From Eledone cirrhosa (lineage: Eukaryota), in the NCBI GenBank assembly GCA_964016885.1, contig OZ024742.1, positions 343,418,001 through 343,482,000 on the forward strand: a stretch of DNA of 64,000 nucleotides. The letters run 5' to 3'. Within the stretch, counting starts at the first letter, position 1, and each line of letters opens with the position of its first letter. The notes under the pieces were generated by a model. The model made no database searches and was not told the DNA's origin. It saw only the letters and a program-made list of their open reading frames with translations. Positions 25,096 through 38,968 of the stretch are shown in pieces. The translations under genes and the position numbers were made by a program.

Positions 25096-25103
<8 letters not shown>
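24808..25103. repeat. Inverted repeat, 44-bp arms, between microsatellites
   Basis: 24808-24851 is the reverse complement of 25060-25103 with 1 mismatch. Confidence 0.85.
25034..25084 (+). ncRNA. Degenerate type-I hammerhead
   Basis: AGUUU-CAGAAGA-UCCC..GGGU-GAAA-GCA..UGC-UU^AAACU; U4->A in the core. Confidence 0.55.
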
Positions 25104-25145
<42 letters not shown>

Positions 25146-25601
25146 GGTATAGGTGTGTATGTGTAAATATAGATGTGTATAAATATGTGTGTATATGATT
25201 ATGTGCACATGTGTAAATGTGTATTTATATTTGCATCTATCTCTATGCATCTTATGTATATTTTTGGTTGTGTATCAATGTAACTATATCTTTCTATATA
25301 TAGTGTGGGTATAAGCACTTTGTGATCTATTAAATTTATGCGTTTTGACTATATCAACATCTATTTATCTGAGTTTGATTATTTATACATAAACATACTT
25401 GATAGCATTTTAGAGCGTATCATATGCTGTATTGTACTAAGTGCAATTTACCACACCGTACTATATTGTGTTGGTTATATTATATTATTGCATTACTATA
25501 TTTCATTATCTTATTATAATTTTCATCTTTTAATATACTATCTTTCCTAGCCATGACCTTAATTTATATTCACCTAAAAACTCCATACAACACTAATCAA
25601 C

Positions 25602-25764
25602 ACTTGAGAGCGGTGCCGAGCATCTAGACGTGTTTGGTGCTCGACTCCAGCACGGTGACGTCGTCGGCGTAAGCTGACACGGATCTCCCACGTCCCAGCT
25701 TGCGTGGGACCCCCGTCATGGTCTTCAATTTGTGCAGTAATGGCTCGAGGACCAGTACGTACAT
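25602..25764 (-). pseudogene. Tx1/L1-clade RT core fragment
   Basis: Manual translation gives MYVLVLEPLLHKL..VSAYADDVTVL (YADD at 25660-25671); GC-rich; not in the ORF track in this frame. Confidence 0.8.
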
Positions 25765-28700
25765 ACTGGAAGAGAGTAACACTACATCTATTCCCTAAAC
25801 ATATCTCTATACTGGAAGACAGTAACACTACATCTATTCCCTAAATATATCTCTATACTGGAAGACAGTAACACTACATCTATTCCCTAAATATATCTCC
25901 AAACTGGAAGACAGTAACACTACATCTATTCCCTAAATATATCTCTATACTGGAAGACAGTAACACTACATCTATTTCCTAAATATATATCTCTACTGGA
26001 AGACAGTAACACTACATCTATTCCCTAAATATTTCTCTCTACTGGAAGACAGTAACACTACATCTATTCCCTAAATATATCTCTCTACTGGAAGACAGTA
26101 ACACTACATCTATTCCCTAAATATATCTCTCTACTGGAAGACAGTAACACTACATCTATTCCCTAAATATATCTCTCTACTGGAAGACAGTAACACTACA
26201 TCTCTTCCCTAAATGTATCTCTACTGGAAGATAGTAACACTACATCTATTCCCTAAATATATCTCTACTGGAAGACAGTAACACTACATCTCTTCCCTAT
26301 ATATATTTCTACTGGAAGAGAGTAACACTACATCTATTCCCTATATATATCTCTATACTGGAAGAGAGTAACACTACATCTATTCCCTAAATATATCTCT
26401 ACTGGAAGACAGTAACACTACATCTATTCCATAAATATCTCTATACTGGAAGACAGTAACACTACATCTTTTCCCTAAATATATCTCTATACTGGAAGAC
26501 AGTAACACTACATCTATTCCATAAATATCTCTATACTGGAAGACAGTAACACTACATCTATTCCCTAAATATATCTCTATACTGGAAGACAGTAACACTA
26601 CATCTATTCCCTAAATATATCTCTATACTGGAAGACAGTAACACTACATCTATTCCCTAAATATCTCTATACTGGAAGACAGTAACACTACATCTATTCC
26701 CTAAATATATCTCCATACTGGAAGACAGTAACACTACATCTCTTCCCTAAATATATCTCTCTACTGGAAGACAGTAACACTACATCTATTCCCTAAATAT
26801 ATCTCTCTACTGGAAGACAGTAACACTACATCTATTCCCTAAATATATCTGTCTACTGGAAGACAGTAACACTACATCTATTCCCTGAATATATCTCTCT
26901 ACTGGAAGACAGTAACACTATATCTATTCCTGAAATATATCTCTACTGGAAGACAGTAACACTACATCTATTCGCTAAATATATCTCTACTGGAAGACAG
27001 TAACACTACATCTATTCCCTAAATATATCTCTAATGGAAGACAGTAACACTATATCTATTCCCTAAATATATCTCTAATGGAAGACAGTAACGCTACATC
27101 TATTCCCTAAATATCTCTCTTTATTGGAAGACAGTAACACTACATCTATTCCCTAAATATATCTCTCTACTGGAAGACAGTAACACTACATCTATTCCCT
27201 AAATATATCTCTCTACTGGAAGACGGTAAAACTACATCTATTCCCTAAATATATCTCTCTACTGGAAGACAGTAACACTACATCTATTCCCTAAATATCT
27301 CTATACTGGAAGACAGAAACACTACATCTATTCTCTAAATATATCTCACTACTGGAAGACAGTAACACTACATCTATTCCCTAAATATATCTCTACTGGA
27401 AGACAGTAACACTACATCTATTCCCTAAATATATCTCTATACTGGAAGACAGTAACACTATATCTATTCCTGAAATATATCTCTACTGGAAGACAGTAAG
27501 ACTATATCTGTTCCCTAAATATATCTCTAATGGAAGACAGTAACACTACATCTCTTCCCTAAATATATCTCTATACTGGAAGACAGTAACACTACATCTA
27601 TTCCCTAAATATATCTCTCTACTGGAAGACAGTAACACTACATCTATTCCCTAAATATATCTATACTGGAAGACAGTAACACTACATCTATTCCCTAAAT
27701 ATCTCTCTTTATTGGAAGACAGTAACACTACATCTATTCCCTAAATATATCTCTCTACTGGAAGACAGTAACACTACATCTATTCCCTAAATATATCTCT
27801 CTACTGGAAGACGGTAAAACTACATCTATTCCCTAAATATATCTCTATACTGGAAGACAGTAACACTACATCTATTCCCTAAATATATCTCTATACTGGA
27901 AGACAGTAACACAACATCTATTCCCTAAATATATCTCTATACTGGAAGACAGTAACACTACATCTATTCCCTAAATATATATCTCTACTGGAAGACAGTA
28001 ACACTACATCTATTCCCTAAATATATCTCTTTATTCGAAGACAGTAACACTACATCTATTCCCTATATATATCTCTATACTGGAAGAGAGTAACACTACA
28101 TCTATTCCCTAAATATATCTCTACTGGAAGATAGTAACACTACATCTATTCCCTAAATATATCTCTCTACTGGAAAACAGTAACACTACATCTATTCCCT
28201 AAATATATCTCTTTATTGGAAGACAGTAACACTACATCTATTCCCTATATATATCTCTATACTGGAAGAGAGTAACACTACATCTATTCCCTAAATATAT
28301 CTCTATACTGGAAGACAGTAACACAACATCTATTCCCTAAATATATCTCTATACTGGAAGACAGTAACACTACATCTATTCCCTAAATATATATCTCTAC
28401 TGGAAGACAGTAACACTACATCTATTCCCTAAATATATCTCTTTATTCGAAGACAGTAACACTACATCTATTCCCTATATATATCTCTATACTGGAAGAG
28501 AGTAACACTACATCTATTCCCTAAATATATCTCTACTGGAAGATAGTAACACTACATCTATTCCCTAAATATATCTCTCTACTGGAAAACAGTAACACTA
28601 CATCTATTCCCTAAATATATCTCTTTATTGGAAGACAGTAACACTACATCTATTCCCTATATATATCTCTATACTGGAAGAGAGTAACACTACATCTATT

Positions 28701-29965
28701 CCCTAAATATATCTCTACTGGAAGACAGTAACACTACATCTATTCCCTAAATATCTCTATACTGGAAGACAGTAACACTACATCTATTCCCTAAATATAT
28801 CTATTTATTGGAAGACAGTAACACTACATCTATTCCCTAAATATATCTCTACTGGAAGACAGTAACACTACATCTATTCCCTAAATATATCTCTCTACTG
28901 GAAGACAGTAACACTACGTCTATTTCCTAAATATATCTCTCTACTGGAAGACAGTAACACTACATCTATTCCCTAAATATCTCTATACTGGAAGACAGTA
29001 ACACTACATCTATTCCCTAAATATATCTATTTATTGGAAGACAGTAACACTACATCTATTCCCTAAATATATCTCTACTGGAAGACAGTAACACTACATC
29101 TATTCCCTAAATATATCTCTCTACTGGAAGACAGTAACACTACATCTATTCCCTAAATATGTCTGTCTACTGGAAGACAGTAACACTACATCTATTCCCT
29201 AAATATATCTCTCTACTGGAAGGCAGTAACATTACATCTATTCCCTAAATATATCACTCTACTGGAAGACAGTAACACTACATCTATTCCCTAAATATAT
29301 CTCTCTACTGGAAGAGAGTAACACTACATCTATTCCCTAAATATATCTCTCTACTGGAAGACAGTAACACTACATCTATTCCCTAAATATCTCTATACTG
29401 GAAGACAGTAACACTACATCTATTCCCTAAATATATCTGTCTACTGGAAGACACTAACACTACATCTATTCCCTAAATATCTCTATACTGGAAGACAGTA
29501 ACGCTACATCTATTCCCTAAATATATCTCTATACTGGAACACAGTAACACTACATCTTTTCCCTTAATATATCTGTCTACTGGAAGACACTAACACTATA
29601 TCTATTCCCTAAATATATCTCTTTACTGGAAGACAGTAACACTACATCTATTCCCTAAATATATCTCTCTACTGGAAGACAGTAACACTACATCTATTCC
29701 CTAAATATATGTAGCGAGAGTACTGGGTTATATGAATGTAACAAGGAATACATTGTTTGTGTGTATAATATTTAATTAACAATGGTAGATAGTATAGTTG
29801 ACATGTCAAAGAAATAGATGATAGAATGAAACAAAGTTAGTCGTTACCGTTTTGATTGCCAGGCAAACGCGGCTGGCAGAGGACGCCTGGCGAAGGCCAG
29901 CCAGGCGCCGGAAGGCCAAATGAGAGGCAGAGCCAAATGAGAGAGTGAGAACTTAAAGTTGTTAG

Positions 29966-29972
29966 TTTTATA
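29966..29972 (-). promoter_or_regulatory. LTR TATA box (TATAAAA), present in all 8 LTRs
   Basis: Minus-strand CCCTATAAAA upstream of ATTAAA/AATAAA (29771-29776), consistent with the PBS/PPT orientation. Confidence 0.55.
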
Positions 29973-30404
29973 GGGTTCTGACCGGAAGTTACAGAAAGGG
30001 TTCTACTTCCCGTCTAGATGTTAATCCAAACAAGGGAGACAACCGCTACATAACCTCCCGCCAGAATTCTAGAATATAAAAATCGAATTGAAATATGTAG
30101 CAAGTTGGCGAGAATGTTGTAACAGGCATGAAAATTACGACAAAAGAATGTTTGCAAAAATCAATGATAGATATCAAGGTAGTAAAGTAAGAGAAGGGCT
30201 CAAAGTTCAAATGTACAAAATATAGTTCACAGGTGTGCAATCACATGACAGCAGGAAAGAAAGTGTGTTCCAGAGAATGAATGCAGGTGGTCTCTGTTCT
30301 GTGGTATATCGTGAAATTTCCAACCTCCGAATGGATTTTCTCACAGAAAGAGTGCTGCAAAAATAAATTCTCTGGCTTTGGTTGTTGGTGAAGCTGTGTT
30401 GATG

Positions 30405-30630
30405 TATTGCTGTTGCTGTTGCTGCTGTATTGCCGTTGCTATTGCTGTCGCTGCTGTATTGCTGTTGCTGCTGCTGCCGCTGCTGTATTGCTGTTGCTGC
30501 TGCTGTTGCTGTTATATTGCTGTTGCTGTTGCCGCTGCTGTTGCTGCTGTATTGCTGTTGCTGCTGTATTGCTGTTGCTGCTGTATTGCTGTTGCTGCTG
30601 TATTGCTGTTGCTGTTGCTGCTGCTGTTGT
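30405..30630. repeat. Degenerate (GCT/GTT)n trinucleotide tract inside the LTR element
   Basis: Source of the poly-Q/poly-C pseudo-ORFs; a shorter version lies at 43583-43753. Confidence 0.9.
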
Positions 30631-31515
30631 CTCGCTGAGTGAGCGTATTCGGTGTTTAAATTCACAGTAAAAAAAAAATTATTTTTAGAAAAAATGAGTT
30701 GCGCAAAGTGCTAGAAATAGCAGCCGAAGTTGATGGTCGATGTTGAGAATGCGTTGACCTGGAAGGGTCAAGAGGCCAGCGACCAAAGAAATAAGCATTC
30801 TGAATAAATGCGCAGTTTTCAACGGCAAATTTACGTAGTAAATTTTTAAACCGGCAAATAGGAGAATATAGCTTAAGGCTGAAGAATCCTTGGCGAGAAA
30901 CGTTATCTCTGGCGTGCGGCTATCTCTGAGAGTCGAGATATCTCTGTGAGTCGAGAATTTGTGCTGCCTACACGTGCCAATACAAGGTTGAAAAAATAAT
31001 ATTTCTAACGCGCGAGAAAATGATAGTGCAATTTTGAAAGTGACAATGATGAAAAAGAAAGGCTTCACTCAGCATAATTATTGGTGTGAACTTTGGGAAA
31101 AAAACTTGAACGATGAAGAAAACGATGAACAAAAAGGCAATGGTTCATCGAAAATAAATGTTCCTGTTGAAATGTTTTTTAAAGAATATCAAATTTCTTT
31201 TTTTTTTTTGTTTTGAAAGAGTTCGTTGTAAGAAACGAGAAACATATATATATATCGTGAAATGTTTTTTATTTTTTTTTGTTTTGAAAGTGTTCGTTGT
31301 AAGAAACGAGAATATATATCGTGAAATGCGACAGTTAGTTGATGCGTGAGAGAAAAAGTTCGTCTGAACGCGAATTCCACATGTGCGTGTGTCCGTTTCT
31401 TTGAGTATTTTCATAGTTTGTCGATAAATTTGCTGTGTATTCGTAATGTTACCCAGACAACTCCAGAATCTGCTATCTTTTTCTTTTTTCGGGGTGACCA
31501 CTTATAGTGATGAAC

Positions 31516-31547
31516 GGCTGCGTGTTCGTATCACGCCAGGGTTACCA
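31516..31547 (+). other. tRNA-Trp 3'-half copy (positions 45-76 incl. CCA) = extended primer-binding site
   Basis: GGCTGCGTGTTCGTATCACGCCAGGGTTACCA matches the recalled metazoan tRNA-Trp GGCTGCGTGTTCGAATCACGTCGGGGTCACCA at 28/32. Confidence 0.8.
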
Positions 31548-34500
31548 ATGTAGCGAGGAGTACTGGGTTATATGAATGTAACAAGGAATACATTGTTTGT
31601 GTGTATAATATTTATTTAACAATGGTAGATAGTATAGTTAACATGTCAAAGAAATAGATGATAGAATGAAACAAAGTTAGTCGTTACCGTTTTAATTGCC
31701 AGGCAAACGCGGCTGGCAGAGGACGCCTGGCTAAGGCCAGCCAGGCACCGGAAGGCCAAGTGAGAGGCAGAACCAAATGAGAGAGTGAGAACTTAAAGTT
31801 GTTAGTTTTATAGGGTTCTGACCGGAAGTTACAGAAAGGGTTCTACTTCCCGTCTAGATGTTAATCCAAACAAGGGAGACAACCGCTACATATATCTCTC
31901 TACTGGAAGACAGTAACACTACATCTATTCCCTAAATATCTCTCTTTATTGGAAAACAGTAACACTACATCTATTCCCTAAATATATCTCTACTGGAAGA
32001 CAGTAACACTACATCAATTCCCTAAATATATCTCTACTGGAAGACAGTAACACTACATCTATTCCCTAAATATATCTCTACTGGAAGACAGTAACACTAC
32101 ATCTATTCCCTAAATATATCTATACTGGAAGACAGTAACACTACATCTATTCCCTAAATATCTCTCTTTATTGGAAGACAGTAACACTACATCTATTCCC
32201 TAAATATATCTCTATACTGGAAGACAGTAGCACTACATCTATTCCCTAAATATATCTCTCTACTGGAAGACAGTAACACTAAATCTATTCCCTAAATATA
32301 TCTCTACTGGAAGACAGTAACACTACATCTATTCCCTAAATATATCTCTCTACTGGAAGACAGTAACACTACATCTATTCCCTAAATATATCTCTCTACT
32401 GGAAGACAGTAACACTACATCTATTCCCTAAATATATCTCTACTGGAAGACAGTAACACTACATCTATTCCCTAAATATATCTCTACTGGAAGACAGTAA
32501 CACTACATCTATTCGCTAAATATATCTCTCTACTGGAAGACAGTAACACTACATCTATTCCCTAAATATATCTCTATACTGGAAGACAGTAACACTACAT
32601 CTATTCCCTAAATATATCTCTACTGGAAGACAGTAACACTACATCTATTCGCTAAATATATCTCTCTACTGGAAGACAGTAAAACTACATCTATTCCCTA
32701 AATATATCTCTCTACTGGAAGACAGTAACACTACATCTATTCCCTAAATATATCTCTCTACTGGAAGACAGCAACACTACATCTATTCCCTAAATATATC
32801 TCTTTACTGGAAGACAGTAACACTACATCTATTCCCTGAATATATCTCTCTATTGGAAGACAGTAACACTACATCTATTCCCTAAATATATCTCTACTGG
32901 AAGACAGTAACACTACATCTATTCCCTAAATATTTCTCTCTATTGGAAGACAGTAACACTACATCTATTCCCTAACTATATCTCTACTGGAAGACAGTAA
33001 CACTACATCTATTCCCTAAATATATCTCTCTACTGGAAGACAGTAACACTACATCTATTCCCTAAATATATCTCTTTATTGGAAGACAGTAACACTACAT
33101 CTATTCCCTAAATATATCTCTCTACTGGAAGACAGTAACACTACATCTATTCCCTAAATATATCTCTCTACTGGAAGACAGTAACACTACATCTATTCCC
33201 TAAATATATCTCTCTATTGGAAGACAGTAACACTACATCTATTCCCTAAATATATCTCTACTGGAAGACAGTAACACTACATCTATTCCCTAAATATTTC
33301 TCTCTATTGGGAGACAGTAACACTACATCTATTCCCTAAATATATCTCTACTGGAAGACAGTAACACTACATCTATTCCCTAAATATATCTCTCTACTGG
33401 AAGACAGTAACACTACATCTATTCCCTAAATATATCTCTCTACTGGAAGACAGTAACACTACATCTATTGCCTAAATATATCTCTCTACTGGAAGACAGT
33501 AACACTACATATATTCCCTAAATATATCTCTTTACTGGAAGACAGTAACACTACATCTATTCCCTAAATATATCTCTCTATTGGAAGACAGTAACACTAC
33601 ATCTATTCCCTAAATATATCTCTACTGGAAGACAGTAACACTACATCTATTCCCTAAATATTTCTCTCTATTGGAAGACAGTAACACTACATCTATTCCC
33701 TAAATATATCTCTACTGGAAGACAGTAACACTACATCTATTCCCTAAATATATCTCTCTACTGGAAGACAGTAACACTACATCTATTCCCTAAATATATC
33801 TCTTTATTGGAAGACAGTAACACTACATCTATTCCCTAAATATTTCTCTCTATTGGAAGACAGTAACACTACATCTATTCCCTAAATATTTCTCGTTATT
33901 GGAAGACAGTAACACTACATCTATTCCCTAAATATATCTCTACTGGAAGACAGTAACACTACATCTATTCCCTAAATATATCTCTCTACTGGAAGACAGT
34001 AACACTAGATCTATTCCCTAAATATATCTCTCTACTGGAAGACAGTAACACTACATCTATTCCCTAAATATATCTCTCTACTGGAAGACAGTAACACTAC
34101 ATCTAAACCCTAACTATATCTCTTTATTGGAAGACAGTAACCCTACATCTATTACCTAAATATATCTCTACTGGAAGACAGTAACACTACATCTATTCCC
34201 TAAATATCTCTCTATACTGGAAGACAGTAACACTACATCCAATCCCCAAATATATCTCTTTATTGGAAGACAGTAACACTACATCTATTCCCTAAATATA
34301 TCTCTTTACTGGACGACAGTAACACTACATCTATTCCCTAAATATATCTCTACTGGAAGATAGTAACACTACATCTATTCCCTAAATATATCTCTACTGG
34401 AAGACAGTAACACTACATCTATTCCCTAAACATATCTCTCTACTGGAAGACAGTAACACTACATCTATTCCCTAAATATATCTCTACTGGAAGACAGTAA

Positions 34501-35298
34501 CACTACATCTATTCCCTAAATATATCTCTACTGGAAGACAGTAACACTACATCTATTCCCTAAACATATCTCTCTACTGGAAGACAGTAACACTACATCT
34601 ATTCCCTAAATATATCTCTCTACTGGAAGACAGTAACACTACATCTATTCCCTAAATATATCTCTCTATTGGAAGACAGTAACACTACATCTATTCCCTA
34701 AATATTTCTCTCTATTGGAAGACAGTAACACTACATCTATTCCCTAAATATTTCTCTCTATTGGAAGACAGTAACACTATATCTATTCCCTAAATATATC
34801 TCTACTGGAAGACAGTAACACTACATCTATTCCCTAAATATATCTCTCTACTGGAAGACAGTAACACTACATCTAAACCCTAAATATATCTCTTTATTGG
34901 AAGACAGTAACCCTACATCTATTACCTAAATATATCTCAACTGGAAGACAGTAACACTACATCTATTCCCTAAATATCTCTCTATACTGGAAGTCAGTAA
35001 CACTACATCCAATCCCCAAATATATCTCTTTATTGGAAGACAGTAACACTACATCTATTCCCTAAATATATCTCTATACTGAAAGACAGTAACACTACAT
35101 CTATTCCCTAAATATATCTCTCTACTGGAAGACAGTAACACTACATCTATTCCCTAAATATATCTCTCTACTGGAAGACAGCAACACTACATCTATTCCC
35201 TAAATATATCTCTCTACTGGAAGACAGTAACACTACATCTATTCCCTAAATATATCTCTACTGGAAGACAGTAACACTACATCTATTCCCTAAATATA

Positions 35299-35639
35299 TG
35301 TAGCGAGAGTACTGGGTTATATGAATGTAACAAGGAATACATTGTTTGTGTGTATAATATTTAATTAACAATGGTAGATAGTATAGGTAACATGTCAAAG
35401 ACATAGATGATAGAATGAAACAAAGTTAGTCGTTACCGTTTTGATTGCTAGGCAAACGCGGCTGGCAGAGGACGCCTGGCTAAGGCCAGCCAGGCGCCGG
35501 AAGGCCAAATGTGAGGCAGAGCCAAATGAGAGAGTGAGAACTTAAAGTTGTTAGTTTTATAGGGTTCTGACTGGAAGTTACAGAAAGGGTTCTACTTCTC
35601 GTCTAGATGTCAATCCAAACAAGGGAGACAACCGCTACA
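35299..35639 (-). mobile_element. Solo LTR
   Basis: 341 bp, TG...CA, flanks TATA/TATT. Confidence 0.95.
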
Positions 35640-36728
35640 TATTTCTCTACTGGAAGACAGTAACACTACATCTATTCCCTAAATATCTCTCTCTAATGGA
35701 AGACAGTAACACTACATCTGTTCCCTAAATATATCTCTATACTGGAAGACAGTAACACTACATCTATTCCCTAAATATATCTCTCTACTGGAAGACAGTA
35801 ACACTACATCTGTTCCCTAAATATATCTCTATACTGGAAGACAGTAACACTAAATCTATTCCCTAAATATATCTCTCTACTGGAAGACAGTAACACTACA
35901 TCTATTCCCGAAATATATCTCTCTACTGGAAGACAGCAACACTACATCTATTCCCTAAATATATCTCTCTACTGGAAGACAGTAACACTACATCTATTCC
36001 CTAAATATATTTCTCTACTGGAAGACAGTAACACTACATCTATTCCCCAAATATATCTCTCTACTGGAAGACAGTAACACTACATCTATTCCCTAAATAT
36101 ATCTCTCTACTGGAAGACAGTAACACTACATCTATTCCCTAAATATATCTCTCTACTGGAAGACAGTAACACTACATCTATTCCCTAAATATATCTCTCT
36201 ACTGGAAGACAGTAACACTACATCTGTTCCCTAAATATATCTCTATACTGGAAGACAGTAACACTAAATCTATCTCTCTACTGGAAGACAGTAACACTAC
36301 ATCTATTCCCGAAATATATCTCTCTACTGGAAGACAGTAACACTACATCTATTCCCTATATATATCTCTTTATTGGAAGATAGTAACACTACAACTATTC
36401 CCTAAATATCTCTCTCTACTGGAAGACAGTAACACTACATCTATTCCCTAAATACATCTCTACTGGAAGACAGTAACACTACATCTATTCCCTAAATATA
36501 TCTCTCTACTGGAAGACAGTAACACTACATCTATTCCCTAAATGTATCTCCCTACTGGAAGAGAGTAACACTACATCTATTCCCTAAATACATATCTCTA
36601 CTGGAAGACAGTAACACTACATCTATTTCCTAAATATATCTCTCTACTGGAAGACAGTAACCCTACATCTATTCCCTAAATATATCTCTACTGGAAGACA
36701 GTAACACTACATCTATTCCCTAAATATA

Positions 36729-37069
36729 TGTAGCGAGAGTACTGGGTTATATGAATGCAACAAGGAATACATTGTTTGTGTGTATAATATTTAATTAACA
36801 ATGGTAGATAGTATAGGTAACATGTCAAAGAAATAGATGATAGAATGAAACAAAGTTAGTCGTTACCGTTTTGATTGCCAGGCAAACGCGGCTGGCAGAG
36901 GACGCCTGGCTAAGGCCAGCCAGGCACCGGAAGGCCAAATGTGAGGCAGAGCCAAATGAGAGAGTGAGAACTTAAAGTTGTTAGTTTTATAGGGTTCTGA
37001 CTGGAAGTTACAGAAAGGGTTCTACTTCTCGTCTAGATGTCAATCCAAACAAGGGAGACAACCGCTACA
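36729..37069 (-). mobile_element. Solo LTR
   Basis: 341 bp; same flanks as 35299. Confidence 0.95.
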
Positions 37070-38627
37070 TATTTCTCTACTGGAAGACAGTAACACTACA
37101 TCTATTCCCTAAATATCTCTCTCTAATGGAAGACAGTAACACTACATCTATTCCCTAAATATATCTCTCTACTGGAAGACAGTAACACTACATCTGTTCC
37201 CTAAATATATCTCTATACTGGAAGACAGTAACACTAAATCTATTCCCTAAATATATCTCTCTACTGGAAGACAGTAACACTACATCTATTCCCTAAATAT
37301 ATTTCTCTACTGGAAGACAGTAACACTACATCTATTCCCTAAATATATCTCTCTACTGGAAGACTGTAACACTACATCTATTCCCTAAATATATCTCTCT
37401 ACTGGAAGACAGTAACACTACATCTATTCCCTAAATATATCTCTCTACTGGAAGACAGTAACACTACATCTATTCCCTAAATATATCTCTCTACTGGAAG
37501 ACAGTAACACTACATCTGTTCCCTAAATATATCTCTATACTGGAAGACAGTAACACTAAATCTATTCCCTAAATATATCTCTCTACTGGAAGACAGTAAC
37601 ACTAAATCTATTCCCTAAATATATCTCTACTAGAAGACAGCAACACTACATCTATTCCCTAAATATATCTCTCTACTGGAAGACAGTAACACTACATCTA
37701 TTCCCGAAATATATCTCTCTACTGGAAGACAGTAACACTACATCTATTCCCTAAATATATCTCTTTATTGGAAGACAGTAACACGACATCTATTCCCTAA
37801 ATATCTCTCTCTACTGGAAGACAGTAACACTACATCTATTCCCTAAATATATCTCTACTGGAAGACAGTAACACTACATCTATTCCCTAAATATATCTCC
37901 CTACTGGAAGAGAGTAACACTACATCTATTCCCTAAATATATCTCTCTACTGGAAGACAGTAACACTACATCTATTCCCTAAATATATCTCTTTACTGGA
38001 AGACAGTAACACTACATCTATTCCCTAAATATATCTCTACTAGAAGACAGTAACACTACATCTATTCCCTAAATATCTCTGTTTACTGGAAGACAGTAAC
38101 ACTACATCTATTCCCTAAATATATCTCTTTATTGGAACACAGTAACACTATATCTTTTCCCTAAATATATCTGTCTACTGGAAGACACTAACACTATATC
38201 TATTCCCTAAATATATCTCTTTACTGGAAGACCGTAACACTACATCTATTCCCTAAATATATCTCTCTACTGGAAGACAGTAACACTACATCTATTCCCT
38301 AAATATATCTCTCTACTGGAAGACAGTAACACTACATCTATTCCCTAAATATATCTGTCTACTGGAAGACACTAACACTATATCTATTCCCTAAATATAT
38401 CTCTCTACTGGAAGACAGTAACACTACATCTATTCCCTAAATATACCTCTCTACAGGAAGACAGTAACACTACATCTATTCCCTAAATATATCTCTCTAC
38501 TGGAAGACAGTAACACTACATCTATTTCCTAAATATATCTCTCTACTGGAAGACAGTAACACTACATCTATTCCCTAAATATATCTCTACTGGAAGACAG
38601 TAACACTACATCTATTCCCTAAATATA

Positions 38628-38968
38628 TGTAGCGAGAGTACTGTGTTATATGAATGTAACAAGGAATACATTGTTTGTGTGTATAATATTTAATTAACAA
38701 TGGTAGATAGTATAGGTAACATGTCAAAGAAATAGATGATAGAATGAAACAAAGTTAGTCGTTACCGTTTTGATTGCCAGGCAAACGCGGCTGGCAGAGA
38801 ACGCCTGGCTAAGGCCAGCCAGGCGCCGGAAGGCCAAATGTGAGGCAGAGCCAAATGAGAGAGTGAGAACTTAAAGTTGTTAGTTTTATAGGGTTCTGAC
38901 TGGAAGTTACAGAAAGGGTTCTACTTCTCGTCTAGATGTCAATCCAAACAAGGGAGACAACCGCTACA
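38628..38968 (-). mobile_element. Solo LTR
   Basis: 341 bp; same flanks as 35299. Confidence 0.95.

Larger units (their letters stand above)
29710..31890 (-). mobile_element. Non-autonomous LTR retrotransposon, copy A (LTRs 29710-30050 and 31549-31890)
   Basis: TGTAGCG...CGCTACA termini and 4-bp TSD TATA. Minus-strand PBS TGGTAACCCTGGCGTGA next to the right LTR and PPT-like GGCGGGAGG next to the left LTR. No gag/pol ORF. Confidence 0.93.

Noticed and set aside
30207-30670. Poly-Q / poly-C / poly-L ORFs (also 43385-43831)
   Set aside because: They are translations of a GCT/GTT tract that is open in several frames, with no gag/pol motifs and length differences between copies.
30685-31501. Internal ORFs of the LTR element (127, 118 and 60 aa)
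   Set aside because: No recognisable domain, and indels between copies A and B alter or truncate them.
31516-31547. Functional tRNA gene or Cassandra-like internal Pol III promoter
   Set aside because: Only the 3' half is present, with encoded CCA, no D-arm or A-box, and the B-box A is mutated.
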